The translations under genes and the position numbers were made by a program. Below, piece by piece: positions 58,448 to 64,000 of a stretch of 64,000 nucleotides of DNA. Positions within the stretch are counted from its first letter, which is position 1. The number at the start of each line of letters is the position of its first letter. The notes beneath the pieces are model-generated. The model was not told where the DNA came from. It did not search any database and worked only from the letters and a program-made list of their open reading frames with translations. Source of the stretch: an uncultured Chloroflexia bacterium. Its GTDB lineage: Bacteria; Chloroflexota; Limnocylindria; Limnocylindrales; CSP1-4. The stretch is taken from assembly GCA_963728605.1 (NCBI GenBank), contig CAVSKS010000002.1, positions 210,607 to 274,606 on the forward strand. Reading direction: 5' to 3'.

Positions 58448-59925
58448 GAACCGCGGACCAGGCGCTCGCCGGCCTCCAGCATCTTTTCGCGGGTGGCTTC
58501 GGAGGTCGCTTCGGTGTAGATCCGGACGAGGGGCTCCGTGCCGGACGTCCGGACCAGCAGCCACGACCCGTCGGCGACGAAGAACTTGAAGCCGTCGTTC
58601 GTCGTCAGTGGCACGGTCTCGGTGACCGCCTGGCCGGCCAGCTCCGCCGGGGCGCTCTCGCGCAGATCCACGAGCAGCCGGCGCTTGACCTCCGCGTACT
58701 CGTTGCGGTCGACGTGGACGTCGATCCGGCGATACCACGACGGACCGGCGACCTCGTGGAAGTGCTCGATCGCCTTCGACACCGGCCATCGGCCGGCGGC
58801 CTTCTCGCGGAGGAACAGGTCGAGCAGCAGCAGGTCGGCGTAGATCCCGTCGCGCTCCGGGAGATGCATCCCGAACCCGAAGCCGCCCGACTCCTCGCCG
58901 CCCATCATCGCCCCGGTCTCGATCATCTTGGGGCCGATGTACTTGAACCCGACCGACGTCTCGTGGACGTCGATCCCGTACTTCTCGCCGAGGCGGCGGG
59001 CCATCGACGTGTTGTTGACGCTGATGACGACCGGGTCGCGCCAGCCGCGGTGCTCGGCCAGGTAGTACATCAGCAGCCCGGTCACCTGGAGCTGGTGGAT
59101 GAACGTGCCCTTCTCGTCGGCTGCACCGGCGCGGTCGGCGTCGCCGTCGAGCAGGAGGCCCAGGTCGTAGCCGCCGCCGGCCAGCATCCCGAGCGCCTCG
59201 TCGACGTTCGGCCGGATCGGCTCCGGGTTGACGCCGCCGAAGTAGGGGTTGCGCTCGCGATGGAGCTCGGTCACCTGGATGGTGCCACCGGCGAGGAGGC
59301 GGGTGAGCCAGCCCGCGCCGGAGCCCCACATCGGCTCGACGAGGACGCGCACGTCGGCCCCCTTGAGGGCGTCGAGGTCGACGGTCCGGCGGAGGAAGCG
59401 CTCGTAGCCGTCGAACGGATCGAACCACTCGACGAGACCGGCCGCCTCGGCGTCGGCGAACGGCCGCCGCTCGATCGCGGTCCCGCCGTTCCGCTCGATC
59501 TGGGCCTCGAGGACCGCCAGGATGTCCGGACCCGCCGCCGAACCCGTCGGCGACTTGACCTTGAAGCCGTTGTCCGTCCACGGGTTGTGGCTGGCGGTGA
59601 TCACGATCCCCGCCGCGGCGCCGCGCTCGACGACCTCGTAGGAGCTCATCTGGGTCGGGACCGCGGTCTTGGAGAAGGCGACCGGGATGTCGTGGGCCAG
59701 GACCACCTCCGCGGCCGCGGCGGCAAAGTGCTCGGACGCGAACCGGCGGTCGTAGGCGATCACCACGCCCTTCGCCTGCTCGCCGCGGTCGACGACGTAG
59801 CGGGCGACGCCGTCGGCGCAGCGGCGGACGTTCTCGAAGGTGTAGTCGTCGGCGACCTTGGCACGCCAGCCATCGGTGCCGAAGACGATCGTGGTAGCGG
59901 CGGGCCGCTCGGCGACGTTGGTCAC
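58444..59925 (-). CDS. manB: Phosphomannomutase/phosphoglucomutase
   Basis: FGTDGWR, TASHNP, DGDADR, GGEESGG, RTSGTEP. Confidence 0.92.
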   Translation of the reverse strand: MTNVAERPAATTIVFGTDGWRAKVADDYTFENVRRCADGVARYVVDRGEQAKGVVIAYDRRFASEHFAAAAAEVVLAHDIPVAFSKTAVPTQMSSYEVVERGAAAGIVITASHNPWTDNGFKVKSPTGSAAGPDILAVLEAQIERNGGTAIERRPFADAEAAGLVEWFDPFDGYERFLRRTVDLDALKGADVRVLVEPMWGSGAGWLTRLLAGGTIQVTELHRERNPYFGGVNPEPIRPNVDEALGMLAGGGYDLGLLLDGDADRAGAADEKGTFIHQLQVTGLLMYYLAEHRGWRDPVVISVNNTSMARRLGEKYGIDVHETSVGFKYIGPKMIETGAMMGGEESGGFGFGMHLPERDGIYADLLLLDLFLREKAAGRWPVSKAIEHFHEVAGPSWYRRIDVHVDRNEYAEVKRRLLVDLRESAPAELAGQAVTETVPLTTNDGFKFFVADGSWLLVRTSGTEPLVRIYTEATSEATREKMLEAGERLVRGS

Positions 59926-61004
59926 GCTCGGGTCTCCTGGCGCTGGACGCGGTCGAGAAGGGCCTGGACCTGCGTTCCGAGATGGCGGGCGCCGGACAGG
60001 TGCGCCCACACGGCGTCTGGCTGGATCGTACCCACCGGCAGCTCGGCAAGTTCGAGCCGGCCGTCGACGGGGCGGATCACGAGGTCATCGGGACCGGCAT
60101 CGAACATCTCGCCTGACTGGACCACGCGGCCGGTCGCGCCGGCCACGGCGCCGTTCCCGCCGGCCAGCGCCGCAAGCAGGGCCGTCCAGCTGCCGAGGTC
60201 GCTCCAGCCAACGTCCATCGCCCCCATCACGACCCGATGGTCGCGGGCGGCGCCCTCCATGACCGCGAAGTCGATCGAGATCGGCTGGATCCGGTCGTAG
60301 GCGCCGGTCAGCGCGATGTCGGAGCCGGTGGCCGTGCCGATCAGCATCATCAGCGGCGTGTACTTCTCGAGTGCGGCCCGGATGACGCCCCGCTGCCAGA
60401 GGAACATCCCCGCGTTCCAGGCAACGCCCGGCTCGTTGAGCAACTGGACGGCCCGCGCCGGCTCCGGCTTCTCCTCGAACGCCCGCAGGTAGTAGGCGGT
60501 CAGGTCCGAACCGACCCGCCGGTCGAGGTCGGGCAGCAGGTAGCCGTACTCCGTTGCCGCTCGATCGGGTCGGATGCCGAGCGTCACGAGCGGCGGTTCC
60601 CCGTCGGTTGCTGTCGGTCCGGCGGCCAGCGCGTGCGCCTGCTCGAGAACCCCTCGAAAGGCCTCCTCGCGCTCGATCCAGTGGTCGGCCGGGAGGACCG
60701 CCATGACCTCGTCGTCGGGGCGGTCGATGAAGGCGGTGGCCAGCGCGATTGCGGCGGCGGTGTTCTTGCCGCTCGGCTCGACGATCAGCCGGACGCCGGG
60801 TTCCTGCTCCTGGACGAAGTGGCCGTAGCGCCGATCGGCGACGACGAAGATGTCCGATGGCTCGACCAGCGGCCCCAGGCGGCGCACCGTCCGCTGGAAG
60901 AGGCTCTCGTCGCCGAGCAGGGGGAGGAAGGGCTTGGGCCGATCGGGCCGGCTCAGCGGCCAGAGCCTCGTCCCGCCACCGCCGGCCAGGATCACGGCAT
61001 ACAT
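59922..61004 (-). CDS. manC: Mannose-1-phosphate guanylyltransferase
   Basis: LAGGGGTRLWPLSR...PK, EP..KNTA, PADH, F.EKP, WNAG, SIDFAVME, GWSDLGSW. Confidence 0.93.
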   Translation of the reverse strand: MYAVILAGGGGTRLWPLSRPDRPKPFLPLLGDESLFQRTVRRLGPLVEPSDIFVVADRRYGHFVQEQEPGVRLIVEPSGKNTAAAIALATAFIDRPDDEVMAVLPADHWIEREEAFRGVLEQAHALAAGPTATDGEPPLVTLGIRPDRAATEYGYLLPDLDRRVGSDLTAYYLRAFEEKPEPARAVQLLNEPGVAWNAGMFLWQRGVIRAALEKYTPLMMLIGTATGSDIALTGAYDRIQPISIDFAVMEGAARDHRVVMGAMDVGWSDLGSWTALLAALAGGNGAVAGATGRVVQSGEMFDAGPDDLVIRPVDGRLELAELPVGTIQPDAVWAHLSGARHLGTQVQALLDRVQRQETRA

Positions 61005-61061
61005 GTGTCGGACATTCTAGGCCCGGCGCCCGAAGCGGCACGGGGGCGTGCCCGATCGTGG

Positions 61062-61223
61062 TGGAACCGCCCGTGTGCCAAACGACCGACGAGTCGGGCG
61101 GTACGCCTCGGTAGACCCCGCCAGCGGTCGCCTGGAACCGCGGCAGTTCCAATCGGCGATCGGGGCACCCGCTGGCGGCGCGGCCCGGGTGCCCAGCGGT
61201 CGCTTGAACATGTCGGGTTCCAA
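61062..61223. repeat. Three TGGAAC-N7-GTTCCA-type palindromes at 71-bp period
   Basis: Units at 61062, 61133 and 61204; units 2 and 3 are each preceded by CCAGCGGTCGC. Confidence 0.65.
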
Positions 61224-61267
61224 CCTGGATCGCTGGATGATCCAAGGGGGAAAGGACGCTCCGTCAG

Positions 61268-61987
61268 CTACTCACTGACGATGACGTACTGACCCTCCCA
61301 GATGACCGACCGCGACGACTCGTGGTAGCGGGTGAAGCGGGTCGCGAACTGGGCCAGGGGCAAGAACTTGAACGGCCACGGATCCCGGCCGTACAGCGGG
61401 CCCGTGACGTACAGGCCCAGGATCGTCTGCGTCTCGGCATCACCGTCCCGCCGTTCGGCGCGGAAGCCGAGCACCGTCCAGGCGTGACTTCCCCGATCGA
61501 CGACGATCCCGACCGGATGGCCGGTCCGCTCGATCGACTCGACGATCGCATCGATCGCTACGCTCTGGCTGGCGAACCGGCGATCGTCGTAGTGCCACTC
61601 GCCGCCCACGAACATGTCCAGCGTCGCCGCCCAGCCCTGGGGATCGTTGCCGCGGCTCGGGTACGTGTAGCGGTTGTGGCGCTTGACGTGCCAGGCGTAT
61701 CGGGCCTGGTAGTTGCGGGATTGGTTGGTGGTATCGCGAACCACGTTCAGCATCGTCTGGACGCTGGCTGGCACGCACCAGTAGCTCGTGTATTGCCGGA
61801 CGACCGCGTACGAGTGGTAGAGATTGATGTCGATCGTCTCGATGCGGGTCAGCGTTCCCGCAGGCGCACGCCCGGCGCCCAGGACCAGGCCGGGCGCGAC
61901 GAGACCGCTCGACAGCACGAGGGTCAGGCAAAGCAGGACGGCGCGGCCAAGCCGGCCGCCCACGGTTCGTGTCGGCATCGCTGCCAT
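61268..61987 (-). CDS. Secreted papain-like (C39-like) hypothetical protein
   Basis: Signal peptide; Q-x5-C (RQYTSYWCVPAS) and HAWTVLG. Confidence 0.6.
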   Translation of the reverse strand: MAAMPTRTVGGRLGRAVLLCLTLVLSSGLVAPGLVLGAGRAPAGTLTRIETIDINLYHSYAVVRQYTSYWCVPASVQTMLNVVRDTTNQSRNYQARYAWHVKRHNRYTYPSRGNDPQGWAATLDMFVGGEWHYDDRRFASQSVAIDAIVESIERTGHPVGIVVDRGSHAWTVLGFRAERRDGDAETQTILGLYVTGPLYGRDPWPFKFLPLAQFATRFTRYHESSRSVIWEGQYVIVSE

Positions 61988-62076
61988 CGTCCCCCGCGCC
62001 GGGGCGAGCCGCGAGCGGCCAAATGGTCAGGGGCGTCCTACCGGACCCTGGTCCCGTACCTGCGGCGGTCGACGGC

Positions 62077-62631
62077 TCAGAAGCTCGGCGGCGTCATGCA
62101 GAACAGGACGACCGCCGGGACGTCGCCGTGGTTCATGTTCCAGTGCGGCGTTCTGGAGGGGTGCGTGATCGCGTCACCTTCCCGGAGGACGTAGTGCTCC
62201 TCGCCGACCCACAGGTCGAGGACCCCCTCGAGGACAATCACTACCTCCTCATCGGAGTCGTGGGTATACGGTTCCTCGCCGGTGCCACCACCCGGCTCGA
62301 TCGTCGACAGGATCACCTGCAGTCGGCCGGCCATGTTGCCGGTCAGGAATTCGTCGACCGCCTTCAGTCCCGGGTAGGCCAGCCGTCGCCGCGCCTCCCG
62401 GCGGACGACGCGACCCTCCGACGGCTCCTCCGCGAAAAGTTGAGCGATGGACAGGTCGAGCGCCCGGGCGATCCGCTGGACCGAGGCGATGGACGGGCTG
62501 GTCCGCTCCCGTTCGACCTGGGAGAGGAAGCTCTCCGTCACGCCGGCCCGGTCGGCCAGCGAGCGGAGGGTCAGCCGGCGCGCCTGGCGGAGGCTCCGGA
62601 TGCGGGATCCCAGCTGGAGCTCCGTGGCCAA
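62077..62631 (-). CDS. XRE-HTH + cupin transcriptional regulator (PuuR-like)
   Basis: LG.RIR..R....TL..LA..AG....FLSQVER....PS HTH plus a cupin domain; TTG start with GAGAGG SD. Confidence 0.9.
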   Translation of the reverse strand: MATELQLGSRIRSLRQARRLTLRSLADRAGVTESFLSQVERERTSPSIASVQRIARALDLSIAQLFAEEPSEGRVVRREARRRLAYPGLKAVDEFLTGNMAGRLQVILSTIEPGGGTGEEPYTHDSDEEVVIVLEGVLDLWVGEEHYVLREGDAITHPSRTPHWNMNHGDVPAVVLFCMTPPSF

Positions 62632-62744
62632 TCCGCCTCTCCCCGACCCATCAGCCGCTACAGATCTCTGAAGCATACCTTCAGTCACGTTCGTTTCAAG
62701 CAGGATCCGGGGACCATCGGTGCGGAATTCGCAGCGAGACGGCG

Positions 62745-62800
62745 TTGACGTTGCCGATCCAGCACTCGTACCATTCGGCGCACCTGTAGCGCTGCTACAG
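62745..62800 (+). promoter_or_regulatory. Putative sigma-70 promoter and operator for the potA operon
   Basis: TTGACG-N18-TACCAT, then perfect inverted repeat CTGTAGC-GCT-GCTACAG (62784-62800). Confidence 0.55.
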
Positions 62801-62838
62801 CCGGGCGAACGAACCTTCCTGTTCGCGGAGAGGGCCGC

Positions 62839-64000
62839 TTGACCGTCTCGCCACCTCCGGATCAGCCGGCCGAGGTACCGACGGAGCTACCCGGGGTCAG
62901 CCCCGCCGCGGCTGCCGCGGAGACGGCCGCGCCGGGCATCCCGGACGTCTCATTGGTCGGGGTCACGAAGCGATTCGGTTCGGTTACCGCGGTCGACCGG
63001 ATGAACCTGTCGATCGGTCGGGGTGCGTTCTACAGCCTCCTCGGGCCGTCGGGCTGCGGCAAGACGACCACCCTCCGGATGATCGCCGGCTTCGAGCAGC
63101 CCACCGAGGGCGAGATCCTGCTGGCCGGTCAGCCCGTGGCCGGCGTCGCCCCCTACAAGCGCAACGTCAACACCGTTTTCCAGCACTACGCCCTCTTTCC
63201 GCACATGGACGTCGCCCAGAACGTGGGCTACGGGCTGCGTCAACGGCACGTCAGGAAGGACGAGGAGCGCCGCCGGGTCGACGAGGCGCTCGGCCTCGTC
63301 CGGCTGAGCAACTACGGCAAGCGCCGAACCTGGGAGCTCTCGGGCGGCCAGCAGCAGCGGGTCGCGCTGGCCCGGGCGCTGGTCAACCGGCCAACCGTCC
63401 TGCTCCTCGACGAGCCGCTTGGAGCGCTCGACCTCAAGCTCCGCAAGGAGATGCAGCTGGAGCTGAAGGCGCTCCAGCGCGAGGTCGGGATCACGTTCGT
63501 GTACGTGACCCATGACCAGGAGGAGGCCCTGACCATGAGCGACGTCATCGTCGTCATGCTCGACGGCCTCATCCAGCAGCAGGGCTCGCCAACCGACCTG
63601 TACGAGCGTCCGGTCAACAAGTTCGTGGCCAACTTCATCGGCGTCTCCAACCCGATGGCCGCCAAGGTGACGGCGTTCGACGGCCAGACCCGACTGGCTC
63701 GCGTCGAGACCGAGACCGGGCTGCAGCTTCGGGGTATGGTGACCAATCCCGACAGCAGCCCTGCGGAAGGCACGCCGGTGACCGTTGCCATCCGACCGGA
63801 GCGGATGCAGGTCGAGGCGGCCGGAACGAATGGGTCCGAGGCAGCCGATGGCTGGACCTCGGTCTCCGGGCGAGTCGATCAAGGAACCTACCTGGGAGAA
63901 CAGACCGAATACCGCATCAAGACGGCAGCGGGTGAACTGGTCGTCCGACGGCAGAACACGGCGGGCGTCGCAACCGGGCACGGGGTGGGCCCCGGTGATC
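62839..64000 (+). CDS. potA: Polyamine ABC transporter ATP-binding protein (3' end outside window; absent from ORF track)
   Basis: LLGPSGCGKTT, NTVFQHYALFPHM, LSGGQQQRVALARA, LLDEPLGALD.KLR, YVTHDQEEA. Confidence 0.9.
   Translation, partial: MTVSPPPDQPAEVPTELPGVSPAAAAAETAAPGIPDVSLVGVTKRFGSVTAVDRMNLSIGRGAFYSLLGPSGCGKTTTLRMIAGFEQPTEGEILLAGQPVAGVAPYKRNVNTVFQHYALFPHMDVAQNVGYGLRQRHVRKDEERRRVDEALGLVRLSNYGKRRTWELSGGQQQRVALARALVNRPTVLLLDEPLGALDLKLRKEMQLELKALQREVGITFVYVTHDQEEALTMSDVIVVMLDGLIQQQGSPTDLYERPVNKFVANFIGVSNPMAAKVTAFDGQTRLARVETETGLQLRGMVTNPDSSPAEGTPVTVAIRPERMQVEAAGTNGSEAADGWTSVSGRVDQGTYLGEQTEYRIKTAAGELVVRRQNTAGVATGHGVGPGD

Overview
High-GC chromosomal segment with no tRNA/rRNA, no transposase or integrase, and no cas genes. 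Gene content tentatively suggests a monoderm Chloroflexota (Limnocylindria-like) or similar lineage; this is inference only. Blocks in order: (1) 1-16248, a cell-surface glycopolymer locus with two Wzy/O-antigen-ligase-like proteins, glycosyltransferases, a CsaB-like pyruvyltransferase, a Wzx flippase, a GT4-TagA/WecB fusion, an LCP ligase, Ugd, a triple-SLH protein and a priming phosphoglycosyltransferase. (2) 16311-29238, a minus-strand run ask-birA-ECF sigma-putative anti-sigma-accD-accA-[lysine-less BCCP paralogue]-accC / fabZ-metallophosphoesterase-fabF-accB-fabH-osmC-fabG. (3) hom-thrC-thrB, an MFS transporter, trpS, an S8 protease, an AI-2E permease, surE and a GH13. (4) Two FAD oxidoreductases divergent from a GcvT-like protein, then a PLP aminotransferase and an arginase-like enzyme. 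(5) A cobalamin-riboswitch-controlled btuFCD-like operon. (6) manC-manB-cupin, a truncated HD gene, and an XRE-cupin regulator with potA. The most notable observations are a bacterial BADC-like non-biotinylatable BCCP inside the acc operon, a CsaB/TagA/LCP/SLH S-layer anchoring module, several intergenic arrays of short palindromes at near-fixed 61-71 bp period, a candidate structured RNA, and widespread leaderless-type starts. Start codons were refined by eye, and no database searches were run.
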